From Hamiltosporidium tvaerminnensis FI-OER-3-3 (lineage: Eukaryota; Fungi; Microsporidia), in the NCBI GenBank assembly GCA_022605425.2, contig CM061247.1, positions 620,001 through 684,000 of the forward strand: a stretch of DNA of 64,000 bases, given 5' to 3'. Position 1 is the stretch's first letter; each line of letters starts with the position of its first letter. Shown in pieces: positions 22,346 through 35,279 of the stretch. The translations under genes were made by a program, and so were the position numbers. The notes beneath the pieces were generated by a model. That model saw only the letters and a program-made list of their open reading frames with translations, did not search any database and was not told the DNA's origin.

Positions 22346-24099
22346 TGCAATGTTCCTCTTATTTGCTAAGTTTACGATTATTTTATAATTTTAAAATTAC
22401 TGTTAGTTGTTTGTTAGTTAATACGTGGTTATAATAGAGGTGTTTAGAAACAATTTTCTTTTTAGAATAAAAATTTAACTAAAAAGGAAATTTAAAATTA
22501 TTTTTATTTATTTAAAATCTGAGTTACCAAGTTTTCTCTAGCTTTTAAATAATTTCTTCTACCATTTAAAATTTATTTTAAAAAATTATTTTGTCATAAA
22601 AAAAATAATTTAATTGCTGTAAACTTTGCTTTAGAAATTAAATTAAAGAAAGAATATAAAAAATGTTTTTTTAAATTTGAAATAGAATCAAATTATTATA
22701 AAATGTTTGGTTGATTTGTTTCTTTGTTAAACTTTGCTTTCTTTTTTACCACTTAAAGTTTTTATAAGATACATGATTATATGGATACGCTTTTATATAT
22801 TTTAAGTTAATCTATCATTTTGGATTCTTTTGTCTATAATTAAGAAAATAAATGATTTTAATTTTTGTTTACTTAGAGGTTTACTGTATATCTGATGGTG
22901 TTATTGTTTCTTTATGACTCGTTTATGTGCTTTCTTGTTGTTTGATATTTAGTTGTATTGTTTTTTGGTTTTTATAGACATTCAGTTCATATTTAAATTC
23001 TCTATTCTAGCAAAATAAATGGTTTCGAATGTTTTTATGGCTCTATCTGCTGCAAGTATTATTCGATTATTACGCATACTTAGAAAGTTTTCTTACAACA
23101 CTTTTATATAGTATTTACTTATAATGACATCTCATGCTGTAAAATGTGAGCTTATTACAATACAAAACATATTAAATAAACCAAGTATTTATCAAAGAAG
23201 TCATATTCTTTGGTATTAAAAATTTGAAGTGAATCTTGAGAAGCAATTCCGACATAAAAAAAGATAAGGAATGTGATATCTTATTTCAGACAATAACATC
23301 TAATCTATTTTTCCAATTTTTGATATCTGTTTTTGTTCAAATATTCACACCAAATTATTTCTTCTTAAGAATTTCTTAAATTAAACGAGTTATATTTCAG
23401 CTTTAAGCTTTAAATTTATTTAGAAGAAGTAGATATTGACACTGAGTCATCGGGTTTATAATATACTCTACAAAACTCCAAATATTTTATTAAAAATAAT
23501 TCGAAATAATTATACATTTATATCCTAGATATAGCAGCTTTAAGCTTAACTTGATTTGTTTTTCTTAAATTACTCAGGAAATCAGTATCCTTAATCATCC
23601 AATTTTTACCAATTCAGAATATCAATGAAACAAAAATATCTTTTCATACAATTATAAAATACTTGTATTAAATTATTATAGAACTGATATTTTGAATAAA
23701 TTTCGAAATTTTGTTTTTTTACAAATAATTGTTTGTTCGTTAATATTTAACTTGTAATTTATTTTATGATTAGAAGATATATTTAGCATTTTTCAATTGA
23801 CTATTATCCATATTCATTTTATATCTATTGTATATTTAAAAATACATAGTTAATAATGCGTGATTGGTCTAATCTATGCCTTATCAATTCATAAAAATAG
23901 TTTTATTCAAATGTAATTGACTGAAATCATTGATTATTTATTCTTATCTTAATAGTGCATAAAGATATTTTTATTTGGATGCTATGATTTATTGAAGCGT
24001 TTTTCCTATTTCTATCTTAATAGGGCATAAAAAATATTTCTCATATTTTTTTAGGAAGGATTTTATGAGGGTAAAATAAATATTGTTTTTTATCCCCAA

Positions 24100-24363
24100 A
24101 TGAAGAGAATAGATTTAAGAAATCCAAATAAAAATGTGCAAAAGAAGAATCAGACACTTATGAAATTGTTAGACGAACAACCCAACTTATTTAGTATAAG
24201 TCCTGTACATGTACTAGTTATATCTCTTATTTTTATAGGAACTGTATTTTTGTTACATCTGTATGCAAGATTTGGTGGTAAATCAGGCGGAATGCAACTT
24301 TTTATATCTTTCTGTGTTTTCGTTGGATCAGTAGTGTTTGCTTATTTTATAAATAAAAGATGA
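24100..24363 (+). CDS. SEC61B: Sec61 translocon beta subunit (divergent, with an extra C-terminal hydrophobic segment)
   Basis: DEQPNLFSISPVHVLVISLIFIGTVFLLHLYARF matches the Sec61-beta signature (D.PGLKV.PV.VLV.SL.FI.SVF.LH). CCCC at 24094-24097. Confidence 0.85.
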   Translation: MKRIDLRNPNKNVQKKNQTLMKLLDEQPNLFSISPVHVLVISLIFIGTVFLLHLYARFGGKSGGMQLFISFCVFVGSVVFAYFINKR

Positions 24364-25761
24364 GTCCTTTGTTTTATTTATTATTTTTGTTAAAATATTA
24401 ATAATTTTGTAAAAAAATAGAAATTTAAAAATGTTGTTAATAAATAATTTTACAAATTATAGGTTTTTTAAGTTTCCAATGGACTTTTATGTTGTAAATT
24501 ATTCTTTTTTCACATAGTATACCCTTTTTGGTATTAAAAAAAGTTAAGTTTTTATGTTGGAATTTAGTTTAGACTGCAATTAGAATTTTTTAAAAAATAA
24601 TTTTTATATTCTGTATTTTATTGACATTTTTTATAAATTATGATTATTATGTGCAGTAAAGAGATATATTTGAATGCAGTTGATTGTTTCTTGCTCTTCT
24701 TCATTTGGTTTCATAATATATTTCGACTTACTTTTTATATCGAATCTATTGTTTAAACAAATAAGTATTTTTTTTAACTTTTTTTGTGTAAGAATTCTTG
24801 AATTTATGACTTCTTTAAATGAAATACAGAGTTTATAATGTAATTTCGGGGTATCTTGGGCAAATTCTTATTTCACCTGATGACATATCGAAACAGTTTT
24901 AGTACTCCGATTTTACATAAAACTTGTTCTGTTACAAGTAATTATTTTGAAAAAAATCTTTCGACTTCAAGTATTTGAAACTTTCCCTTGATATAATTTA
25001 AATAAAATATATTTAGATCAACTAATTTTGATATTAATCTAGTTTTTATCTCATAATTTCTCAGATATTAAAGTTAAAAAATATTTAAAAAAAACGTTTT
25101 TATTATACGCCGTAAACTAAAATTTAAATTAATTATAAAATCTAGCAACGAGTGAATCATTTATTTTATTAAACTCATTTATATTGTTCATATGATAGAT
25201 CGTTCGGAATCGATTTCTCTTTAAAATATTTATGATATTTACATCAATAAGTTTTAACAAATTTCTTCACTTGCAAACTAGAAATATAATTGTTTAATTC
25301 AATTTCTACTTTTTTGTAACTATTTTCATCGTAAAATAGAAACCAGTTCCTGCTTTCGGTCATAAATGCAACCAAAAAAAATTATCTAATATATAATTAT
25401 ATAGTTTAAATATTTACACGACTCAATTTATAACTTCTAGATCTGCCATATATTAAACCTTGATAATATTTTCTATCCGTATAGTGGTTTTATATCATCT
25501 GTCCCTATATTAAAATTTATGCCTTTTTGTTCGATATTTCTTCGTTTCTTTGAAAATGCAAGAGCTATGACTGAATAAATTTGTTTTTAACTTATATCTA
25601 GGCATGTTTCATTCAAATTTTGATTTAACTAAAAGCGATGCTTGTTGCATTCTTGCTTAATATAAAACTTATATAAATAAAGAATCTAGCATTATCATCT
25701 GACTAAAAACTTAATTGCTATGCCTAACCAAGCTTACAATATTAATTATGATTTAAAATTA

Positions 25762-26400
25762 TTAATATATTTTGATTAAATTTTTCGATAAGTAATAGAA
25801 GCATTTTTGGCCTTTACTTTGTTTCATCATCATCCTCGGTACTATAGCCCTGCACGAGCTTTGGACGCCTCCGGTGATATCGCCCACTGGTCTTTTTCCA
25901 GTGAGGTTGTTTATTTTTTCGGGTTTCATAATAAGGTGATTTTGAAGAATGGATTTTAAGCCCTTCGCCTTAACCCATCTTGGAGTACCAGCCCTTTTTA
26001 GTTGTTTCTTGCGATAATGAGAGAATACTTCAAGCCAATTCTGTTCCCGGCATGGTGGAGAACTTTTACTTTTTTTGGAATGAGAAAACAATCTGTTAAT
26101 GATTAAGTACTCTAAATTTTATTTATGCGCTTTGGAAATCGTTATTTTGACTGGTTAGGTCGTTGAAGCAATGCAATTCTCTTTTATTCGAAGGATAAAG
26201 AGTGTATCAAATTCAAATGAAACCCAGTATTTTGCCATTATTTCGCATATTCCGACTATATACCATTCGGATAGATCTTGTTTCGCTATATAAATATTAC
26301 GAATATATTTTGAGGAGACGGAAGGCATTGAATTTCGTATTTAGCTAGGTTTATTCACCTCACCTCTCCAAACTTCGTCCCCTTTATTTTTATTTTCCAT
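25762..26400 (-). pseudogene. Disrupted orphan gene
   Basis: CCC-A-ATG at 26400 (MENKNKGDEVW...) is in frame with ORF 25762-26091, with three intervening TAA stops. The region is more GC-rich than its flanks. Confidence 0.45.
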
Positions 26401-26573
26401 TGGGTAGTGGTAAAATATCCCAGAAAAGCTCTGCGTCGCTAAATATTATGAGGGTAATTCGGAAGCAAAATGTATGTGTGTGTTTTATGACGTAAAAGTG
26501 TATTTCAGAAAATTTGGCGGGTAATTTATTAGCAACGTATATTTTTTTATTCAAAAAATATCACTTTTTTTAC

Positions 26574-27272
26574 AAAATAGTGGCGATTCTTATAATGTAT
26601 CTGCTTTTATTACGCAGTTCTACTATAAAAATATAACAACACCTTCAAAATACTATCTGTATCCCCTACGATACCTACATAACAAAGCCTTCGATCTAAA
26701 AGGAGTTTAGAACCTAATCAATGAGCGAAGGGGTTCATGTATATGTCCGTTACATGAAGTGCAATCGTAGGTTGAAACCCAGGTTGGGCTCCCCAAGACT
26801 ATGCAGCATTCCCAATTACTCTACACTGTCTGAACGCAATAAACTTCTATCTAAGATATATTTGAGAGTGTTAAATAAAGTCCACTTAGAGAGTGCAATG
26901 TCAGACCAAAAAGTATAACCTGCTACATAGCTTTCCCGGCTTTAAATGTTTTTATTTTAATATTCCCAGACGCCAAGTCTTCTAACCCGAGTGTGAGTGT
27001 GCAAAGTTAGGTTTCCATGCTTTTACATGGCAATTACTTACATTTTTAGCTGCGGTCTGCAATCTAATTACATAAAAAACTACAAATAAATTTGTAAAAA
27101 AAGTTTTGCTATTTCGTAGACCTCTCCTATTTATACAAACTCCCATGGAATAACCAAAGATGCAACGTGGTTTTATCTCCACCAAACATCGAAAAAATTA
27201 TCCTGACATCAGTTTCACATACTCATTGCCAAACAGAAAGTTTTTTATGCGGTTATACTCTCTTCACCATTT
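26574..27272 (-). mobile_element. ~690-bp dispersed element, copy E (full length)
   Basis: Closest match to copy A over 26815-27270, and it extends left to aaaatagtggcga as in copies B, C and D. Confidence 0.88.
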
Positions 27273-27304
27273 CAAGTAAATATAATATAAAATTTATCAT
27301 AAGA

Positions 27305-28047
27305 ATGTTTTTTGCTAAAGTTGAAGCTAAAAAAAAGTCTAAAGAAGCATTTAATTTTGACTGCTTGTTTCCAGAAAACTTAGAACAATATATAAAAAAT
27401 CTAGAACTTTTTTTTTATAAATATAGCAAGTGTAAAAATTTTCGATGCTTTTCTAGAAAAAAGGGTTTAAAATTACTGCTATCCTGGTTTTTGGTTTAAT
27501 AATTTTATTCTTGATATTCTGTGGTATCGGATATTCAAAGGCAAGTAAAATAATTAAAGAGTTTGAAAAAGATTTCAAAGAAATAGCCGAAACTGTTATA
27601 TTTGAAAAAATTGTTGATAAAATAAATGCATCAAACTCTGCACTATTCGATATAAATGATGACATCAACGATTTTTCAATTTTCAAGTTCAACAGTGAAA
27701 ATATTACCTATGGAAGATTTTTTGAAATAATGGAGAAGAAAAAACAGAAAGAAGTAAGTGAAATTCTTCCAAAATTGGAGATTTCAATTGCATATAAAAT
27801 AGATTACATGAAATTTTCTAAAGTTGTGGCTGAATTTGGTTTTTTCGCTAAATTCGGTTTTTGGTTTAAATCTAAACATGTTATACAAGATATCTACAAA
27901 TTTACCAATTTACTTTCGCATGCGTTTACAAATAGTTTTGATAAAAAAATGGCAACATATATCTTTTTACAATTTCTCAATGATAAAGAACTGAAAACAT
28001 ATAATCTATCTAAAAATATTGGCGAAAATAAATTTTTAATAAAGTAA
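27305..28047 (+). pseudogene. Frameshifted hypothetical membrane protein
   Basis: MFFAKVEAKK...LLLSWFLV* (27305-27499) continues in another frame as IILFLIFCGIGYSK... to 28047; the break falls inside a predicted TM segment. Confidence 0.55.
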
Positions 28048-30138
28048 AAAGCGTTTGTTTTTACGCCTTTAAAAATTGGTGGTATCGTATATACTTCAAC
28101 TGATTTCATAGTTTATATTTCTAAAAAAGTACTTCGGGATGCATGATGAATAAATATGATCGAAAGTCAGAATAAATGCGGGGTATTTTAGAACAAAAAA
28201 TAAAGTTTTTCAAGTTTTTTTGTTTTGATTTATTTTTTGAAACTAACCTTTTAAATTATTGAAATCTCAACTTTTTATTTTTTAGTTTGATTTATATGGA
28301 AAAGTATTTTTGTGTTTTAGAAATTATCTTTTATATTCTAACATAAGTTTTTTTTATACTTTAAAAAAGGAGATTGGTTGGTAGAAGCTCTAATATTATT
28401 TATATAAAATAATCTAGACAAAATGTGTGCTTAATTTCTTTAAAATTGATTTATATTTCAAATCCTCGCATTTTTATATTTAATTTATTCTTTCTGCCAC
28501 ATACTATGGCTTTATTGCATTCCTGTTAGTTTACACCGTGTTTTTTCTTTGCTTCTTGCTATTTAAATTAATGATGCTTTCGTTCTTTCTTATGTTTCAT
28601 TTCATAATTTTATATTGAATCAAAGATAAAATTTTGATATTATAGATGAACTGGAGCTCTTCCGGGGTTTTTTTACGTCTCGCATTTGCTCTCAAACTTA
28701 TCTCCAATTTTTGATCAAAATGGTTTGTTTTGACGGTTTTTTATACATTAGTTGATATTATTTGACAATTTTAGCCGAATTTTGAGTTATTTTTAAGAAT
28801 TGACTGTGTTGTCTGTTGAAGTTTTACTACATTTTTTCGAATATGTCTCTATCTATCCAGAAAACTTATAAATATAAACAAACCTATAGGTAAATCTACC
28901 TTCTTTTGTTTTTAAATTACAATAATTTGAAAAAATATTATTATTTATACAAGTTTTTTTCTTGGTTTATTTCAATTCCAAAAAAAAGTAAAAAAATAGT
29001 TTGTATTCTAATTTGTTTAAGCTTTAGTTTAGCTGATATTCTTCTTTCCAAATATCAGCTACATAAATAATTTTAATAAAATGACCTAGTTCAGATTAAA
29101 AGCGCAAGTTAAAATATTGTTAATTTTAGTTCAAATTTAAAACTATTCATCATGATGTATAATATAGCTTGGTGCAAGAATATTTCGCAAATATTTTTGA
29201 TTTTCCCCCAAATTTTCTGTGATACTACATTGAAAACACTTTATTTACCATTTAAATAGGTTTTATTCCGAGTATAATAAACAATCGTGTCATTTGAGAT
29301 GTAAAATATATTTAATTTGGAACTTAAAGAATATTTGCTACCAATTTACAAATAATTTGTATCTTTTTATAAATTGTATGATATTTTCTTTATATCTCGT
29401 TTTATAAAAAAGAAATTGTGAGTTTTCAATGTATTTCTGTTATTCTTCCTAACTCATACATATTCTTTATGAAATAAAATCATTCATCAGTGTAAGATTA
29501 CTAGTATTACAAACCTACCAAAATAAGTTATTTTGTTTGTCTAATAAATTTAATAAACTGAGATTATAAATTTTGCAATAAAAATTAAGTTCTAATGCGC
29601 TCATCAAATAAAATCATCAAATATTAATTTTCTGATACCAGAATAAGTAAAAATCGTAAGAACAAGTTTTTAAGTAAAACAACTCATGATTTAAAGCAAA
29701 ATTTCAAAATATGATAATTTACTTCACATTTAAATATTTCTTTTAATGCCATAACTTATGCCTAATATTCATAAAAATTTCAGATTATTTGATTTTTAAA
29801 AAAGATTTTTCCAAAAAATAATTTTTTTTTCTTCCTCTTTTTTTTTATTAAAATGCTTATTTACTAGAATTAATATTTTTTTCTCACTACTTATATGCTT
29901 TTTTTCTATAAAATCTTTTCATTTTTATTTCTGTCTAATTAAATATTATTTAATTGGAATATCAAATAATATGTGTTTACCATTGACAAGATTTTTATTT
30001 CTTTGATAAAAATTATTTGTCAAATCCAAATTAAATATAATGTATCATCTAACAACTTGTACCTTTTTACATGTTAGCCTAAGTTTATAATCTTACATTT
30101 TATTTTATAGATATAAATACTCTCAATATTACTAGTCC

Positions 30139-30399
30139 ATGTCGAAAATAATTCAGCCATTACAAGCAATATATTATTTTCTTACAAATTCTATAAAAGT
30201 ACAGATATATGAAAAAGAAAGACCTAAAGTGTTTTATAACGGTATAATAATAGGATTTGATGAATATATGAACGTTGTTCTGGATTCAGAAGATGGAAAA
30301 AGAATGTTAATAAAAGGAGATGTTATATGTGCAATAGTTCCTGAAAAAGGACAAGATAGTATTATAAATGAGAATGAAATTGAAGCTACAGAAAAATAA
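30139..30399 (+). CDS. SME1: Small nuclear ribonucleoprotein Sm E
   Basis: IQPLQAIYYFL, GIIIGFDEYMNVVLD (Sm1) and RMLIKGDVI (Sm2). Confidence 0.9.
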   Translation: MSKIIQPLQAIYYFLTNSIKVQIYEKERPKVFYNGIIIGFDEYMNVVLDSEDGKRMLIKGDVICAIVPEKGQDSIINENEIEATEK

Positions 30400-33387
30400 T
30401 GACTATTTTTTATTTCGATTGTCTTGATTTAATCATAAAGTAAATTTTCTTAAATAAATTTATTTACAAAAAGTGTGTTTTTAAAAAAATATTTTTTAAA
30501 ATTTTATATAATCTCAAATTTCTTTTGAATATTTATAAGTGTTTCAACTAAAGAAACAGCAATGGTAAAAAGTAAAATTCTTTGTAGAAATAAAATTTTT
30601 TTTTAATCTTTACTTTCTAAAAACTTACAAAATTCAAAAAAATTCTTTTTTGAATAAAGGCTCATAGATTTTTTGGTTACATCTTCACATTATTCACAAT
30701 AAAATATTCAACCATACAATTTCCAAAAGAAAAACTTTATTAAAACAAATGCATCATAGATTGTAACTGAAACCAAAAAAAAATATCAGCTGCAAAGCCA
30801 GCATGCTTATCATAGTTATTCCATGAAGTTTTATTGAAAATTAAAAAAACAATAACTAAAGAATTTTATTTACTATAAACCATAGACTTATAAAAAGTGA
30901 CCATTCTACTCGAAAAAATCTTTATATTGTTATAATAAAGTACAAAATTGTTTAAAGTCATATGAAAGTAAACTATTAAGTTACACTCACCCAGACTTAA
31001 AGTTCATATAGCTTACGGGAACGAAATATGACAATTATGCCACACCTTTACAGTAAGCATTAAAAACAAGGGTAAAAATATAAATATTCTAACTGATAAA
31101 ATACTTATTTACAGTGGTTTTTAAATATGAATATATAATCCAATTCCTTATATTTCCGAGTTACACTAATTAAAAGACACAATTGGAATTTTTACAATTG
31201 TTCATCCAACAGATGAGAGCTAAAATGGTACAAGACTAAGTATGTAAGTAAGCGAGGTTTTTAAATATTGTTTTATCCAGAATTTTTTAAGCATATTTAC
31301 TCTCCATTTGAAAAGTTGGATTTTTATAGCTAGTTTTTTATATTTAGACCTTTTTATGAGTTTATGTTTCAATTTTGCTTTTTTTGTTTTCAATCAAGAG
31401 TGAATTGAATTTAGTGTCAATTAGACTGCTGCTTTCTGTTTAATAAAAATTTTTTTAAGAGTGTATATTCTACATATATTTTTTGAATTCTTATATGATA
31501 TTTGGTGATGCATTTTCGGCACGCATTACAATTAGTCTATTTTCAGACATTTTCTCAAATCGAAATTGAAAATATTAGAATGTTCTTCGAATACTTTCGA
31601 TTATAAATATGCTCATTTATTAAAAGTAATTGAAGACTTAGTCGGTAATTTAAAGCGATCAAATTAGAATAGAACATCGCAGGTTTCACATATTGTATTT
31701 TTCTTTACAGAACGTATGTATACGATCCATTTCATTGTTTAATCTGTTTTAATTTCTTACATTCTTTATTTCAATAATTCTATAGAATTTGGTGTTCTAA
31801 GTCTGTTTTCAATTAAATTTAATTATCCAATTTACTTACAGAAATAAATATATCTGGTTTATCATACGATTTCAGCATCAGCTTTTACATTGATGCACTG
31901 ATATTTCTACATAGTTTCTTTCAAGAATTTCCCATTAATGTGACACTAATGGTTGTTTAAAGACTCAAAACTCTATAAATTACAAAAAAAACTAGATAAG
32001 GTAAGAAAAACAGTCTCAGAGTTGGGTTTAAAATGGTCAATTCTGTGTTTTTTTGATAAAAATCTAAAATTTACACTGAATTTCTTGGCATCTACAATGT
32101 TAAAAGTTTCCTATTAGATCTTAAAATACAATTTTATCTTGTATGTAACAGAAGATTGTCTCGTCATATACATTTATATTTTCCGAAACCATGGCAAGGA
32201 ATTGACTAAATTATTAGCCAAACATATCTTGCCTTCTAAAAATTTCAAAGTAATGTTCTGATTTCAATTTTGTTGTGTAGATTTTCAAGTTGGTTTATAT
32301 CTGTCATCTCTCCCGAATTCTTTTTCAGACCTATGTTTGCTCGTAAAAAGCCTAAAATCAATACAAAGTGTTTTATTATTATTTTAACTTTTATGATTGC
32401 CTTTCTTCTCTTAGATATTTATTTTTTTTTGCCGGAATCTCCGAAATTTAAAAGCATATATTTGATCCCAAGTTAACACTATGTAGGACTCTTTGAATTT
32501 ATGTATTGATTGGCCCTGGGAGCTATTTGCATCTTAATGTGAAATATATATAAAAACATCTTTGTTATAGTAAGAACCAAAGCAAGATCAGTATTTAATT
32601 GATTCAGCCTTCCAATAAATTTTCAAATTAAAAAACCTGCGTTTTAGCATACATTATTATTGTTTATGATTTTTTTGTTAAGGAGTATAAAATTAATTGT
32701 ACGTTTTCATACTTCTGTAAAAATTTGGACCAATAGTTGCTCTTTAAATTTAAAACTTTGATAAACGAATTAATTAACTATAAATATGTAAATTATACAT
32801 TCAAAAGATTCAAAATTATTTGGTTTAATTCTAAATAAAACATACAAAAAAGCATCAAGCAATAAAAATATGCAGAATTTCTGAACACTATTTATAGTAT
32901 AAAATTGAGTATCAAAGAAATTTAATTCAAAATTAATAGAATACTGCTTTTACCTATACTTATTGGAACTAATTCTAATTTATTATATTCTAACTAGTTA
33001 ATAAAAATATTTATTAAATTTTTTGTTAAAAATTCTCAAAAAAGCCAATTTTACACAACCAATTAATGAAAAACAAGTGTATTTTCATATTAAATAATTT
33101 ATAAATATATGCATTATCCTTAACTTGTAATAAATTTTGTAGATGTTCGTCTTATGTCTGATCGAATAACAAAGAGAGCAGGGAGACAGCATTAATGTGT
33201 ATTATATAAAAGTAGAAAGGCTTAATAATTGACTCTCTATTGAAAAAACAAGAAACAAAAAATACTTTAAATTTTAATTTTTATAGTGTAATAACCATGA
33301 AAAAACTTGATAACATAAATATATAGTCTGATATAAAAGAGAAAAATAAGGTGGTATAAAAAAATAAATGTATGAAAAAATTTCTAC

Positions 33388-35279
33388 TCAGAATTTAATA
33401 ACTTTATTTAATTCTTTGTGGAATTTCGATTGGAAACAGAAGAAGAATCTTCCGTTTTCAAAGATTTTAATGCTTCCTTTAAAATACTTTACCAAAGAAT
33501 TCTCGACTTCAAATACATTCCAGCATCTTTCTCTTGCAATATCTATATTTTTAGATTTATTATCAAAAAAATAATTATTTGAAGCCGATGTTCCTAAAAA
33601 TTCCTCAACAGATTTGTAAGCCGATTCTTCGGGTTTAAGAATAGCTGTATATCTATTTATGGATTTTATATGAATGACAGAATTAAAAAAATCAAGCAAA
33701 TTTATTTCTTTATAAAAATATTGAGCAGATCGATCTATAAAATTTGCAAAACAAATTTTTTTTAATACTTCTTTGAGTTCTTGTTTAAATTTTATATGAC
33801 TAGAAACAGTAGATAGTTTGGTGTGATTACCATCTAAAATTCGTTCAACAATTTTTTCGCTTTCCGTTTCAGATTTTTCCAATCCGTTTTAAGTATTTTC
33901 ATCATAAAATCTCTCAATGGTAGGTGTATTTGTTTTCCAATAAAAGGATAATTATGTTTGAAATCAGAAATAATTTGCTTAGTCGGAAACAAAATATCAT
34001 CAATATCAAATAAAAATATTTTTTCATCGCTCTGTGATCTCCCACCAACATAGTTTACACTTATAGGTATAAATGAAGGCCCACAGGAAGTGACATTTTC
34101 TGCGTTGAAATGAGGTGAAAATTTCTTCAAAAAAGCATTAAAGTTTTTAAATTGTAAAAACGGTTCTGATTTCACATAAGATACCAATTTTTTGATGCGG
34201 TTTTCCATATATGTAACACAAATTTTATAAAAATCTTCAAAAACAGTTTATTTTGCTTTTTCATCGGAATTTTTTATAATCTGACGATATTTTTCGAACA
34301 TATTCTTACCAAAGTATTTTGGGTAAATTCTTTATCAAAAGTAGACTTATTGTATGTTTCGAGAACAGAAAAAAATAAATCTATCAAAAGGATGAAAATC
34401 GTAGGTTACATAACACCTTCTTGCATTTTCAAAGTAATCATTCTGCAAAACTTCATAATTTATGTATTTACAATTTTTAAAGAAAATATTTGGTTGTTTT
34501 TGATCACTTTTTAGAGTATCTTGGTTTGTCTTTATAAAAGGCAATGAGACCACTCTATCTAAATACAGCTTATAAACATCAAATGCCTTGGTATTTATAT
34601 TAAGATTTGGTTCTTTTTGTGCATTCACTTCTTCTGCAGAAACACTATCGCTGCTTTCAAATTCCATAATATTTTTCAGCTCGTTCGAAACCATCTCCTT
34701 TTCTTGTTCTTGAATTTCCTTGATAGTCTCGATAGAGATATTAAATTTATCGGGATTATATTCAGCAGCATATGAAATTATATATTTACTGAATTCACAT
34801 TTATCATCCGATTTTTTGAAATTTTAATCTATTTTGTCTTTTAATTCGCGGAAAACTGTGTGAATCATATGCGTTCTAAAGATTAAAAACCACGATAGAT
34901 TCTCATCTCTCTTAAAATATGTAATAAAACTTAGCATTTCAATTTTATTCCTCCCAAAATTTTTTCCGTTATCTCCTACAGAATCTGTCATTTCCTTTAG
35001 AATTTCTTGAATATGATCATGAAGAATCGCTGTGTTTAAAAACGATTCTGGAATTCGGGGTAAAGCATATTCAAAGATGAGACTCGTTTAAATAAAACAG
35101 CAACATTAAAAGCCATAGGACTTAATCTCATTTCAGATATCATATCATCAAATTTTTTGACATCAGAATTTTCTTTAGATATATTTAGTAGAAATGCCAT
35201 GAAAAAAATTGAATCGCTTATGAATTTTATTCAAATTTATAAAAATAAAATGATAAATTAAAAACAAAATTTACATCAT
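33388..35279 (-). pseudogene. Fragmented lineage-specific gene
   Basis: Consecutive same-strand ORF pieces 34347-34694, 33834-34208 and 33388-33882. Coding-like sequence continues to an ATG at 35279, with a CCC motif ~17 bp upstream. Confidence 0.6.

Noticed and set aside
24877-24910. ctgatga...cgaaac hammerhead-like core
   Set aside because: No convincing stems I, II or III.
26721-27185. ORFs inside the 690-bp element (also 353-592, 15894-16082, 41565-41759)
   Set aside because: Short. The YSTLS..NKLL.KIY frame recurs only because of nucleotide homology; differences are mostly non-synonymous and other copies are frameshifted.
31650-32540. Possible decayed minus-strand gene
   Set aside because: Only short open stretches and no recognisable motif; too weak to call.
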